Source of the DNA: a virus
Lineage: Duplodnaviria > Heunggongvirae > Uroviricota > Caudoviricetes
DNA length: 36,292 nucleotides
IMG/VR virus record: IMGVR_UViG_2877285697_000006
Location: 1-36,292 of that record
Direction: 5' to 3' (one strand)
Of this stretch, positions 18,601 to 27,745 are shown piece by piece. Below the pieces are notes generated by a model, which had not been told where the DNA came from, searched no databases, and saw nothing but the letters and a program-made list of their open reading frames with translations. Position 1 is the first letter of the stretch. Each line of letters opens with the position of its first letter. The position numbers and the translations under genes are program-made.

Positions 18601-19210
18601 TAGAAATTTTATTATCAGCGTCGGTTTTATTCGCGGTAACAGTCTTAGTTAAATTGCTAACATTGGTGTTGGTAGCATCGACTCGCGCGTTAGTATTGGT
18701 ATTGTTGGTGTTAACGGTATTAGTAAGAGTAGTGATCTTACTGTCTGCATCTTTCTTATTGTTCGCGACGGTAGTCTCAATCGCTGATTTGTTCGATGCA
18801 ACGGTGTTAGTTAAGCTGGTGATCTTAGTATCAGCATCAGCTTTATTCGCCGTTACCGTCTTAGTTAAGTTGCTAACATTGGTGTTGGTAGCATCAATGC
18901 GCTTATTGGTTGCGGTGTCTTTAGTGGTAATAGTCTGATTCAGTTCAGATTTAGCAGCAGCCAGATTATTAGCGGCTTCTTGTTTGTTGGAAGAAATAAC
19001 ACGGTCAGTGTTGGTTTTATTCTGGTCTACTTTCGTGTTAAGTTCAGCGTGTTTTTCTGGAGAAACACTAATTTGGACTACGTTATTATTTTTGTCTTTG
19101 GTGTAAATCACATGGTCCGCCAGTTGTAAAGCGATCTCACCCTGTGATAATTGTTCCGGCGTTGGTTTTTTACCAGCCGTTTGTGTGCGTTTAAATTGGA
19201 TCGATTTCAT
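15602..19210 (-). CDS. tail fibre protein with C-terminal intramolecular chaperone (peptidase S74-type) domain
   Basis: 1202 aa; ~33-aa repeats (TKTVTANKxDADxKISSLT...); C-terminus SDSRLKINKEELQDGALEKVNSLKVYTYDK...GIIAQDLEEVLPEAV fits the auto-cleaving chaperone motif. Confidence 0.8.
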   Translation of the reverse strand: MKSIQFKRTQTAGKKPTPEQLSQGEIALQLADHVIYTKDKNNNVVQISVSPEKHAELNTKVDQNKTNTDRVISSNKQEAANNLAAAKSELNQTITTKDTATNKRIDATNTNVSNLTKTVTANKADADTKITSLTNTVASNKSAIETTVANNKKDADSKITTLTNTVNTNNTNTNARVDATNTNVSNLTKTVTANKTDADNKISSLTGTVSANKTAIEKTVSDNKKDADTKITSLTSTVSANKTAIERTVANNKASADAAIAAANKRIDGIEGTNDALYIKKNTKTYHGAYLYSKTGNYLEDSTARDLNYFGAFRTNGQDGLMDLTLNVPHSSGKAHGRGFTFRYASGGSRVETYGFDREGQKAFSYKMYHEGDKPTPAEIGAYTKAEVDKMFVKNVKMSVPAGDATRGYFKIATATIPQTGRMVMLRIFGGNGYNVNSYDQVDFVEIVIRSGNGNPKGVSIAAYRRNAKNIHQVFAVNTSGDNYDIYVNYGRYTDNVIVEYGKTNDVTLTVHDVPEITLVKPSTGVTDGRVITMFNTENKAGTLMFDNNGQGTYDIVSLNNDSGTGKKYLRKFRSKAAETIWHETVQGNVYRLATGTTDSSEVLRITGRTMYTGKAVFDAGSNTIRMQRPTGQSNYLEYWDTRNGANKRQGWVGYGNADTNAMQMYNDSGTNNIGLEQSGQISLNTGSTKVVYTNGEYVAANHNAFRMIYGNYGAFWRNDSAKVYLLSTAENDKFGGWNTYRPFIYDLTSGNVQLGGDGNGDALTLERASKAARFAGNAFIKGQHLTLDAGAGQSRDYFRFNHWGDSNNARDNILYLEDSKGRHFSTERNMATGGLKAYFLGDLEVAGQMRWGKNTGQSSFNIRAWGNDTRKQVLECADESGWHFYTQRAGGPGTTAIEFSVNGKINAPQLSISQDATIPKFNSGFGVGVANGLGGNSIVLGDSDTGFKQNGDGVLDTYANNVNVVRHTSGGVTFNRRVVVANKNGFGYADISDVTRDRAPFLVNMDSIKESGAYFPIIAGYSNLGDVGYRQSFEFGWTGSGSTHGWRTGIIRMRGDNANGQQARWEFTMDGDFNAHRNGSFNDVYIRSDSRLKINKEELQDGALEKVNSLKVYTYDKVKSLSDDTVIKREVGIIAQDLEEVLPEAVGIQSTEDPEQPEAIKTISNSAVNALIIKAIQEMDAKYQAKIEALTKEIAELKATK
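18430..18960. repeat. tandem ~99-bp DNA repeats inside the tail fibre gene
   Basis: Repeated units visible on the DNA; produces low-complexity antisense ORFs. Confidence 0.6.
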
Positions 19211-19291
19211 CTAGAATCACCTCACTATAAAACAGGAATAAGGGAGGCGTTAACCTCCCAACGTTCATGTTTTATTTAGGTAGGAGAATCC

Positions 19292-20125
19292 TTAGTATTC
19301 GCCGAAATCGATCCGGTCAGTCTTAGCCACTGCGCCAATTTCGGCTGGCGTTGGTTTCTCATTAGTGGAATATACCTTGATCCATTCAGAGCGACCGTTT
19401 TCCTGAATATTTCGGACGCGTAAACGTGGTGCGCCAGAAGTATTACAGGTTAATTGCCATGCGCCATGCTCATTAGCTTGAAGGTGAATTAATGCTGTGT
19501 CGGTTGAATATGGATTACCGCTAGCAGTTCCCTTGTAAGTTACGAAACGGTTTCCGGCTAAAGCATCACTATCAATCGGACCTGTGAATGGATGTACACC
19601 TGCACCTACGCCATAATCCCCGCGACGGAGAAGACGACCCTCCGTTGCAATACCGCGATCCAGAATCCCGCCATCTGGTTCAAGTTTAAATTCCAGTGTT
19701 ACAGCTTTGTTATCTGCGCCACGGGTTTTATGTGATGTGACGTAAGCATCGAATATACAAAAGTACCCTGTGTTAGCAGCACTATAGCCAGAGTTCACAA
19801 CATAGAACATACGGAAGCGTAAAGGTGTTTTATCCTCTACCGCTTTCATCAACATTGCTTGATGTTCATCGTCAAGAACACGGTTTAATGTGAGTGTTGT
19901 CGGTTCCAGTCTACGATAACCAGCAAGTTTCCCCGTAGCGTCCTGATCGTACTCTTCCAGAGTTTCTATCTCTGTGGATTCGGTTAGCGTAGGGAATGCT
20001 GCGATGTTCTCCATAGAACTAAAGCTAGGATCGAAAAAGTCGACCTGATTGGTAAGCTGATCAGAGATTGAAATCTCTACATGGCTTCCAGTAAAAATTC
20101 CTAAGTTATCATGCGTAATATTCAT
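19292..20125 (-). CDS. structural protein sharing a KPTPAEIGA motif with the tail fibre
   Basis: 277 aa; C-terminal NEKPTPAEIGAVAKTDRIDF matches motifs in the 1202-aa fibre; SD AAGGGG. Confidence 0.4.
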   Translation of the reverse strand: MNITHDNLGIFTGSHVEISISDQLTNQVDFFDPSFSSMENIAAFPTLTESTEIETLEEYDQDATGKLAGYRRLEPTTLTLNRVLDDEHQAMLMKAVEDKTPLRFRMFYVVNSGYSAANTGYFCIFDAYVTSHKTRGADNKAVTLEFKLEPDGGILDRGIATEGRLLRRGDYGVGAGVHPFTGPIDSDALAGNRFVTYKGTASGNPYSTDTALIHLQANEHGAWQLTCNTSGAPRLRVRNIQENGRSEWIKVYSTNEKPTPAEIGAVAKTDRIDFGEY

Positions 20126-20134
20126 TATTACCCC

Positions 20135-20557
20135 TTAAAAACGCGCTAGATAAGAAAATTTAAGGCTAAGTGTCCCAACGATACCCCCATCACTAGAATC
20201 ATCGTCATAATCGGTATTAGAGGCTACTGGAGTGATATCTGAAATAGCGAAGCCCAAATCTTTAAAACGTGGGTTATCCGGCTGAATCTGGATTATCTGG
20301 CAAATACCCTCATGAATTTTGGTTTCATGATTCTGAGAATACAACTGCATTTCGATAACGCATTCAGCTTGCATTGCATTACCACCACGGACCCTTGTGT
20401 AAGTCTCATTCATTCCGGTAATCCAACAAACCACGTCATCACTAAAGCCTTGCTGAGTTTGTTCTACGTTTAAAGCCAGACCTAAATCTTGTTCGATAAT
20501 ATCCTGCAAGGCGCGTTTGATTTTCAGTCTCGGCATATTATTAACGGTAGCGAGCAT
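20135..20557 (-). CDS. head-tail joining or head completion protein candidate
   Basis: Position between MCP and tail genes; start moved to MLATVNN (SD AGGGGG); track ORF extends to 20638. Confidence 0.4.
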   Translation of the reverse strand: MLATVNNMPRLKIKRALQDIIEQDLGLALNVEQTQQGFSDDVVCWITGMNETYTRVRGGNAMQAECVIEMQLYSQNHETKIHEGICQIIQIQPDNPRFKDLGFAISDITPVASNTDYDDDSSDGGIVGTLSLKFSYLARF

Positions 20558-20831
20558 GTGTACCCCCTGCACGAGCAATAAAGCAATCAGAAGTATTATC
20601 ACCATTGCGCTTAACGTATTGAACTTTGAAGCGTTCACCGTCTACAATGACAACATCACCCTGATTTAAGTTTCCCTCACGACAAAATAGAAATTCTGAT
20701 TCTGTAATTACCCCTTGTTCGTCGGTAGTAGTAATTTCATGATAAGCACGAATTGATTTACCACCTTCCACCGAAAATACAGGAGCACTTTTAAACATTC
20801 TTGATAATTGTGATTCTGATAATTTGAACAT
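20541..20831 (-). CDS. head-tail connector or head completion protein candidate (96 aa)
   Basis: First gene after MCP terminator; SD AAGGGGG. Confidence 0.4.
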   Translation of the reverse strand: MFKLSESQLSRMFKSAPVFSVEGGKSIRAYHEITTTDEQGVITESEFLFCREGNLNQGDVVIVDGERFKVQYVKRNGDNTSDCFIARAGGTHARYR

Positions 20832-20861
20832 AGTTACCCCCTTTATGGAGTATTTACATAC

Positions 20862-20888
20862 AAAAAAGCCCCACCGTTAGGCAGGGCT
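20862..20888 (-). terminator. rho-independent terminator after the MCP locus (same hairpin as 14915-14943)
   Basis: AGCCCUGCC-uaac-GGUGGGGCU followed by U6 on the minus strand. Confidence 0.6.
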
Positions 20889-20893
20889 AATTA

Positions 20894-20980
20894 TTATTTT
20901 GCTTTCGGTGGACGTCCCACCTTTTTAGCTGTGGCTTTCGCCGTAATCACCGGAATTTCTTCCGGCGATTCTTCGTTATT
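20894..20980 (-). other. 28-codon in-frame open extension after the MCP UGA stop (possible readthrough extension)
   Basis: Translates NNEESPEEIPVITAKATAKKVGRPPKAK; contains the 20-nt segment ACGGCGAAAGCCACAGC(A/T)AAA shared with 14949-15074. Confidence 0.4.
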
Positions 20981-21940
20981 TCATTCGCCGATCTGGAGAA
21001 CTTTAAGAGCTTCCGGCTGTACTACAGTGAAGTCAATGTCCAGCCAGATTCTAGGCACGATCGCAGACTGGGCGCGGTACGTTGAATCGTCCAGATCTAG
21101 CTCAAGACCGCCCCACTCACCGATCATGATGCCGCTGTAATCGCCCAGCACGATCGTGTCAGCTGGAATAACACCGGAAGTAATTACATCGTAACCAGCC
21201 AGTTTGCCGTTTTCGATGATATAACCGGAAACGCCGTTATCTTTCAGGGTAGATTCCAGTTCAGCAGCAGTTGCACCGCTCATTGCAAACTTGATGGACT
21301 GTGCCGGAACGCCAGCGTCCGTAAGCTGAGCAATCTCCTTGAGGAAGTCTTTGTAAGAGAAAGCGGCTTTCTTAGTAACGCGACCACCGTCTACCAGTTG
21401 CTTAACCAGACCTTTCGGACCGCGCTCGTTGTCTTTGTCAGACAGAATCAGTTGTTCCAGTTTGATCCGAACAGATTTGTTAATGTGATCAGTGATCAGG
21501 GTAGCGATGCCCGGAACGGTTTTGAGGCTAGCCCTAGAAATTGGGTTCCCGCCTGCGAAAGTTTTCGGAGCCATTTTCACGTTTTCAAAGCTAGCCTTCG
21601 ATTCGGGGGCACTTCCATTTTCATCAACAAAACCAAAGGCTTCGACGCTGGAAGCAGTCATTTTTGGTACTGCAATCGGGCTATTCAGACCAGACAGAAC
21701 AGTCACACCCAGACGACCCAGAACAGACTGTGGAAGCAGCATTTCAACATAGGATTCGGTCAGCAGTTTTTCGTCGGTTACAGCTTCCAGAGTAGCTTTG
21801 GTGTTACCAGCAGAAGCAGCACGCAGAGCAGCAGCCGGAACGAATACAGAGCCACCACGAGCAGCACCGACCACGCTGCATTGCAGCACCAGCAGCCATT
21901 GCGGAATATTCAGCTTCATGAGCACCCAGAGTTTCACCAT
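20981..21940 (-). CDS. major capsid protein (HK97 fold); N-terminus probably supplied by the upstream protease-scaffold ORF
   Basis: 319-aa ORF with strong codon bias and capsid-like sequence; no SD before its ATG; MCP frame has a TGA immediately upstream. Confidence 0.75.
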   Translation of the reverse strand: MVKLWVLMKLNIPQWLLVLQCSVVGAARGGSVFVPAAALRAASAGNTKATLEAVTDEKLLTESYVEMLLPQSVLGRLGVTVLSGLNSPIAVPKMTASSVEAFGFVDENGSAPESKASFENVKMAPKTFAGGNPISRASLKTVPGIATLITDHINKSVRIKLEQLILSDKDNERGPKGLVKQLVDGGRVTKKAAFSYKDFLKEIAQLTDAGVPAQSIKFAMSGATAAELESTLKDNGVSGYIIENGKLAGYDVITSGVIPADTIVLGDYSGIMIGEWGGLELDLDDSTYRAQSAIVPRIWLDIDFTVVQPEALKVLQIGE

Positions 21941-22985
21941 CGATCAGGGAGCGGAATACGTTGTTCAGGTCAAAAGTTTTTTCCATGATTTGTTCCTTAT
22001 TAATTTGTTCGTTATTACGTTGAGCATTGATAATGTTATTTAGTGCCTTAGTGCGGAATGCTTCCGGCGTCATGTCTTTAACTGCCAATGCGCGTTTTAA
22101 TTCTTCGTCGTCAATATTTAGTTCCCGCGCGATCTCGCGAATTTCTAATTCGTCTTCTTCGGAACGTTCAGCCACTTCTTCGATTTTTTCTTCTTCAACC
22201 GGAGCGGCTTCACGTTCTTCTTTTACTTCTTCTGCTTCCCGAACAGTTGAACTATCATCATCAACACTTTCAGGATGTTCAGCGACTTTTCCGTCTTCGA
22301 GATTTTCATTTTCTTCATTCTCTTCAACTTGGCGCTCTTGAGTTTCTTCAACTTTCGGTTCTTTATTTTCTTCTACCGGAGTTTCTTCAACCTGAGCGGG
22401 TTCTTGTTCTTCTTTGATTTCTTCGATTTGTTCTTTAGTCATATCGCGTTTAGCCTCCAAATTAACTGTGATAGTATTTAGAGAGCGATTTAAACCGACC
22501 GTATCGTCAGCAGGAACGGTAACGAAACTTAATTCGTATGGTGCCCACTTAGTAACAATCAATTGCCCTTTGGCGTAATCGATGTGATATTCTTTAATGT
22601 CATAGCCGACAGAAATTTTTTCCATCGTACCTTCAATGACTTTATTACGAACATCATTAGCCAAAGTGCCATGTTTAGAGAATTTAACCAGAGCACGGCC
22701 TACGTTATCCGCATCGATTCGAGCGTCGCAGACTACACCTAAATGATTATCGAAATTATGATTGAACAGCAACGGAGCGTTATTATTCAGACGAGACAGA
22801 TCAACCGCTTCCGGTGTATGTACCAGAATTTCATCTAATACCACCATTTCTTGATTTTGCTCATCCCAAAATTGGCGCTGATAAGGCTGTGTACTTGAGA
22901 AAGCAATTTCAAATTCGTATTGATCGTTATGCCCTTCGTTAATAACTCCACCGTAACCGTTAAGATCGCGGCGAAATTTAAGCAT
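21804..22985 (-). CDS. prohead protease (HK97 S78-type) fused to acidic coiled-coil scaffold domain
   Basis: N-terminal ~180 aa with LLFNHNFDNHLG-type protease motifs, then glutamate-rich region; 3' end (RCCSWWLCIRSGCCSACCFCW) looks like out-of-frame translation of the MCP start. Confidence 0.7.
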   Translation of the reverse strand: MLKFRRDLNGYGGVINEGHNDQYEFEIAFSSTQPYQRQFWDEQNQEMVVLDEILVHTPEAVDLSRLNNNAPLLFNHNFDNHLGVVCDARIDADNVGRALVKFSKHGTLANDVRNKVIEGTMEKISVGYDIKEYHIDYAKGQLIVTKWAPYELSFVTVPADDTVGLNRSLNTITVNLEAKRDMTKEQIEEIKEEQEPAQVEETPVEENKEPKVEETQERQVEENEENENLEDGKVAEHPESVDDDSSTVREAEEVKEEREAAPVEEEKIEEVAERSEEDELEIREIARELNIDDEELKRALAVKDMTPEAFRTKALNNIINAQRNNEQINKEQIMEKTFDLNNVFRSLIDGETLGAHEAEYSAMAAGAAMQRGRCCSWWLCIRSGCCSACCFCW

Positions 22986-23030
22986 TTAATCACCTTTAAT
23001 TAATTGGGGGCATTGCGCCCCCGTTGGTTA

Positions 23031-24542
23031 TTAGGGATCGGCTGGGGAATTTTTTTCTTCACCCTCGCCATTAACGATAATATTTAGTGCGCTGGATTCA
23101 GACCTGATCTCTGAGAATACTTTTTCAGGATCGTCACCACGTTCTAATATAACGGCAGTACGTGATTTAAGTCCTTTATCAATTAAAGCAATCTCGGCGT
23201 TTACGTCTTTAATTGGGTCGACAGACTCGAAACGTGGCCTGATAATAGTAGTGTTATCGATAATATGTGGAATTGCAGTAATACGAATCGGAACAATACC
23301 ACGCGCGGAATAATGGCGTAGATATGCTTCAAAAATTGGCAATACCACTGTTTCAATTAATTTGTTTTGCAATGCTTTAACTCGTGTGCGCTGGGTTAAT
23401 TCACCGAAACGTGCGGCTGAGTAGTTGATCTGGGAAGTATCACCAGTCAAGCCCTGTTTGAACACTCCTAAGCCCATTGCTACGCTAGTGAACATACCAT
23501 CATTGAAGCTGTTAAAGTCATCGCCACTTTGCGTGGATTGAATACTCTTGATCGTTGCCCCTTCCGGTAATTCCTGAATAGTGCCAGGCGCGAAATCGTG
23601 AATAACTTCCGGCGCTTGATATTGTTCATCATCTTCACCAGTATCAAAATCATCACCAGAATCTTTCGGACGCTCGATGAACGCCATGCTACAACTTGAA
23701 ATTCGTTTATGTACCAGTACAGCTTCGCGGAATGCGTCTTGATGTGCGATATCCTTAATCACTGGCAGGAAGTCAGTCACGCCGCGCAAACTTTCGGCGC
23801 ACAAGGGCTGATAGTAATGACATACTTGCGATGCATCTACGCGATAGTTATCACCTGTGTAGGTTTGAGTCAGTAGGTTGATTTTACGAAACCAAAATGC
23901 TACGGGCTTCATCGTTTCTACGTCATACTCAATACCTTGATAGATCGCACGGTCTTTGCTTACTTCACGGTTGAGCGTCCAGTCGCACTTATCAGCAGAC
24001 AGGATAGAAACATTTAACTCATTGTTTTCTTTGGTTAAAACGATGAAACACTCACCACCCATAACGCGCTCACGTTCAGCCATTACCAGCAGTTCACGGA
24101 AGTTAAAGCGACCGTTACGAGAGAAGCGTTTAGCATTCTGCGCCCACTTCCAGAAAGCATTCTCGATCTGCTTATTCAGTGCGCTATCAAGTTTGCCATT
24201 TGATTTAACAACTGACGGCTTCGGATCTAGGCCAGTACCGACCACCATATCGGTGATGTATTGCGTGTAGCGACTGCCTACGGAAGTGTTTAAGGCCAGA
24301 GTACGCCCCTGATCATAAAGGCGCTTACCGTTCGATTTGAGAGCCTTATTGAAGGTTCCGGTAATGGTGTCTTGTTGAAGCGATCCATCAATGCGATCAC
24401 CAACCAGACCTAAACTACGTTTAGATAGGTCTTTCTGGAATTTTTCTACTTGCTTATCGATGAAAATTTTTGGTTGTTGCTGGCGGTGATTAGTTTTAAC
24501 TGGAGTTTCTACCGCCTTTTTGCGTCGAAAAAGATTAAACAT
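23031..24542 (-). CDS. portal protein (lambda gpB-like)
   Basis: 503 aa, position between terminase and protease, SD AAGGGG. Confidence 0.8.
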   Translation of the reverse strand: MFNLFRRKKAVETPVKTNHRQQQPKIFIDKQVEKFQKDLSKRSLGLVGDRIDGSLQQDTITGTFNKALKSNGKRLYDQGRTLALNTSVGSRYTQYITDMVVGTGLDPKPSVVKSNGKLDSALNKQIENAFWKWAQNAKRFSRNGRFNFRELLVMAERERVMGGECFIVLTKENNELNVSILSADKCDWTLNREVSKDRAIYQGIEYDVETMKPVAFWFRKINLLTQTYTGDNYRVDASQVCHYYQPLCAESLRGVTDFLPVIKDIAHQDAFREAVLVHKRISSCSMAFIERPKDSGDDFDTGEDDEQYQAPEVIHDFAPGTIQELPEGATIKSIQSTQSGDDFNSFNDGMFTSVAMGLGVFKQGLTGDTSQINYSAARFGELTQRTRVKALQNKLIETVVLPIFEAYLRHYSARGIVPIRITAIPHIIDNTTIIRPRFESVDPIKDVNAEIALIDKGLKSRTAVILERGDDPEKVFSEIRSESSALNIIVNGEGEEKNSPADP

Positions 24543-24552
24543 GTTTTACCCC

Positions 24553-25047
24553 TTATCGCGTAAGACGTAATTTGATATTTTTAATCGGACTAATTCCCTG
24601 TTTACGTCGTTCGGCTTGAATTAATTTAGATAACTGACATTCATAATCAGTCTTTAATTGCTGGAGAACAGCCAATGACTCATAGGCGAAAGTATTCCCT
24701 TTCACTGTCATTTGAGATAATGCGGCTTCGTCCCCAGATAAACGGGCGAAAATAACTTGCTCGATTACAGAAATCGTTTCGCGCAGATATTCTTTTTTGG
24801 ATTGTTTGGCGAATACTGGCAAAACAGTTAATTCCTGCATTGATACCAGTTCTTCTTCCAAAGTTATTACGATGGTATATTTACCTTCGGCAAAATCTAA
24901 GGTTTTAATCTCGTGATTAGCCGGAGTATCATCAACCTGATAAATGATACCTTTACTATTTCCTACCTGAATTGTTACACCCTCTTCATTCGCCAGCGTG
25001 ATTTTTTCGCCTTTACGAATTACTAAGGGAATTAGTTCTAAACTCAT
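24553..25047 (-). CDS. hypothetical protein (164 aa) between terminase and portal
   Basis: ORF in late operon. Confidence 0.5.
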   Translation of the reverse strand: MSLELIPLVIRKGEKITLANEEGVTIQVGNSKGIIYQVDDTPANHEIKTLDFAEGKYTIVITLEEELVSMQELTVLPVFAKQSKKEYLRETISVIEQVIFARLSGDEAALSQMTVKGNTFAYESLAVLQQLKTDYECQLSKLIQAERRKQGISPIKNIKLRLTR

Positions 25048-25119
25048 AATTACCCCTTATTTAATTGTTATTGGATTAACAATATTTAGGAGTAAGCCGC
25101 CCCGAAGGACGGCGAGTTA

Positions 25120-27024
25120 TTAGAACGATGTTACCCAGCTACGGCCTCTGTTTGGGCGTCTGGCGACGTTTTGACGTTGTGGTCGTGTGATTGGCTTAGT
25201 TTCTTCTATTTGCTCGTTAGATTGCGATTTAGGAGCTTCTACGGATTCTTCGACAACACGGTTTAAGCTGTCTTTCATTGCAATGAGTTTATCCCATGAC
25301 ATTTTTGAAAGAACGTAGCGAGAAGCCGCTGTAGCATACACGGCGCAGTCGAGCGCCTCGTTCCTAACGCCTGGGTTCTTTACCCACCTCACGCCAGTAG
25401 TAGTACGCTTAACAGATTCACTTAAAAGCTGATCGAGATAATCATCAGGAACGGTGTCTGATATTTCTAAGCCAATATGAGGATTATCTTTCAGGTTCCT
25501 AGCCAACATTTCACGAAATGCAGTTTTACCCACGTTAACGCCCAGCATAAGCAATTCATGACCACCTGTGCGGGTAGGTTTAACCGGAATGATCGGAGCG
25601 TTACCAGCAGAACTACCTTTGATAGCGTGTAAGTTCTTCCACTTGCCGCAAATACGGTATCCAGCTTGAGTGAATCGACCGTTCGATGTATCAAGGAAGC
25701 TGGCGAGCATAGGAACACGATCACCCGATACAGTAGTAAATTTGGTTTTATGGAAGTTGATTAATCTATCCCATACAGGGGATTCATATCGTTCACAGTT
25801 ATGATCGTAAAAGCTGCGATGATCCAGAATATAAATCTTATCCTTTGCCACGCCCATGATCGTAGTTTCTGCGCGATCTAATTGCTGGTCAGTACCCGCA
25901 CACAAGAAAATCACGTCATCAGGGATATTCTCGATAGAAACATCTGTTTTGAGTTGTTCCAGTTCATTTGCTTCTACTGCCGTGTCCTGATCGTCGTATA
26001 CCTTGCCTAACACGGTGTTAAAAAAGGATTGTAAATCAAAGGATTGCCACGCATGACTAAAATCAACCACACAAGCGCGAATCGTGCTGAAAGGTGAATA
26101 CAGACGACTGATCCAGAATCCGGCTACTTCACTTTCACGGGTTGCTCTCCACTCGCCTTGTGCTACTGCCCTGATTCGTTCCCCTTCTGTCCATGCGTTC
26201 TTACAGTGGGGGCAAATATAACGAGCGGTATCAGGATCGGGTAAGTTCTTACCATCAATGTTACGCCATTCAAATTGAACGTTTTCCCACTCGATCACCT
26301 GGTGTTCCCCGCAATGCGGACACGGAACAAAAAACATACGCATGTCGCTTGATAACCATTGCTGGTTAATGCTTCCCAGCTTACTGGTCGGGGTACTGGA
26401 TACGACTAATCGGCCTTCATCGCCAAAGGTAGTTAAACGGTTAGCAGCCAGTGCCACCGGATCACCTTCTTCTGAGGCTGTAGCAGCATCGATTTCGTCA
26501 AGCAATCCAACCTTTGCGGTCTTACCACGTAGGGTTGATGGACTGGTAAGCGATACCATGTACAGGAAGTGATTCGTTTTTAGCTGTAGCTGGTTATTGT
26601 TGTTAACCGCATTGCGATCATTCTTGTCTGTAACCACGTCTTTTAATGCATCACATGCTTCGATAGACGGTCGGATCTTACCCGCGAGATATTGAGACAT
26701 TTCTTTAGCGGTTGATTGTCCGATAATCATATTGCATGGATCGTTAGCCATCTGGTTAAACAGGATGCCGTTCAGGATGGTAGTCTTTCCGATCTGCGCA
26801 CTGGTCATCAGAACATACTTTTTCTTGTTCTCAAGGAAAGGAGCATCAATCATGCCTTTCTGGAATGACAGTAATTTAACTTTATCCCCCGCTTGAGGAC
26901 CATCTACCAGCACCATATTAGCTTCGCACCATTCAGAAGGAAGGAGCTTAGGCGGTGGAGTGATATATTTTGCGGCATTTTTAAGAATCTTTTTTAATTT
27001 TGCCTTATTTGAAATCAGTTTCAT
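25120..27024 (-). CDS. terminase large subunit, lambda GpA-like
   Basis: 634 aa; ATPase P-loop region (TSAQIGKTT), zinc/nuclease-like CPHCGEHQ...CPHCKNAW; SD GAGGGT. Confidence 0.85.
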   Translation of the reverse strand: MKLISNKAKLKKILKNAAKYITPPPKLLPSEWCEANMVLVDGPQAGDKVKLLSFQKGMIDAPFLENKKKYVLMTSAQIGKTTILNGILFNQMANDPCNMIIGQSTAKEMSQYLAGKIRPSIEACDALKDVVTDKNDRNAVNNNNQLQLKTNHFLYMVSLTSPSTLRGKTAKVGLLDEIDAATASEEGDPVALAANRLTTFGDEGRLVVSSTPTSKLGSINQQWLSSDMRMFFVPCPHCGEHQVIEWENVQFEWRNIDGKNLPDPDTARYICPHCKNAWTEGERIRAVAQGEWRATRESEVAGFWISRLYSPFSTIRACVVDFSHAWQSFDLQSFFNTVLGKVYDDQDTAVEANELEQLKTDVSIENIPDDVIFLCAGTDQQLDRAETTIMGVAKDKIYILDHRSFYDHNCERYESPVWDRLINFHKTKFTTVSGDRVPMLASFLDTSNGRFTQAGYRICGKWKNLHAIKGSSAGNAPIIPVKPTRTGGHELLMLGVNVGKTAFREMLARNLKDNPHIGLEISDTVPDDYLDQLLSESVKRTTTGVRWVKNPGVRNEALDCAVYATAASRYVLSKMSWDKLIAMKDSLNRVVEESVEAPKSQSNEQIEETKPITRPQRQNVARRPNRGRSWVTSF

Positions 27025-27111
27025 GTAATTACCCTCATTACGAAATATGAAGGTATTTATTAAATTGTTGATATTTTGATAAATACGGGTATTAAGATTT
27101 AAGGGGGTTGT

Positions 27112-27717
27112 ATGCTAATTAATCAGCAACAAAGAGATGTATTAGAATTAGCCTTTTCTTGTTGTACCGATCATGAATATCGTTTACCAGTTAAACATAA
27201 GCATTTAAAAACCGACTACACAACATCTGGCTTTAGTCGTGAGGAAGCTAAACAGATTTTAATCGAGTTGTATCGCGATCATGGGTATACCGATATTCAC
27301 AACTTCTTTAAGAAGCACCAAACATCACAGACAGAGTTTAATAGAGTTCGTGAATGGTTTGATTTTGACATTAAGCGATTCTATCGAGTAGATGACGGTA
27401 CAATCTATCGGTTGCAGTGGACACCGATTAGGGAAGTGCTTAAACAGAAGAGATTGAATCATGCCATTACACGCTATCGTAACGTGGCTTTTAAGAAAGG
27501 CTATGGTGATACAAGGGAACTATTCGTTGAACTCGCTAACGTGCGATATAGCCACTATTACAGGAATCCTAAAGAGTTCTTCGAAGTGCTGCGCAAAGTT
27601 GATATAAGTCGGGGTACATACTATTCACGGTTGAAGAAGTACGGGATTAAGGCAGAGTTCTTTATGTCGGTTGACGATGGAGAACTTTTTCCGATAAAAT
27701 GTAAGTCCTCTAAATAA
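27112..27717 (+). CDS. hypothetical protein (201 aa)
   Basis: ORF diverging from terL. Confidence 0.5.
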   Translation: MLINQQQRDVLELAFSCCTDHEYRLPVKHKHLKTDYTTSGFSREEAKQILIELYRDHGYTDIHNFFKKHQTSQTEFNRVREWFDFDIKRFYRVDDGTIYRLQWTPIREVLKQKRLNHAITRYRNVAFKKGYGDTRELFVELANVRYSHYYRNPKEFFEVLRKVDISRGTYYSRLKKYGIKAEFFMSVDDGELFPIKCKSSK

Positions 27718-27745
27718 AGGTGAACATTCACTTTAATTTGGAGAA

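Noticed and set aside
18417-18938. 173-aa plus-strand ORF (with 17675..18241 and 18350..18598)
   Set aside because: Lies antisense within the tandem-repeat region of the tail fibre gene; leucine/valine-rich repetitive translation is an artefact of the repeats.
22027-22481. Plus-strand serine- and leucine-rich ORFs
   Set aside because: Antisense to the acidic scaffold region of the protease-scaffold gene; low complexity.
25088-25106. Hairpin between terL and the downstream gene
   Set aside because: Stem pairing is poor (GCCGCCCC versus GGACGGCG); not a convincing structure.
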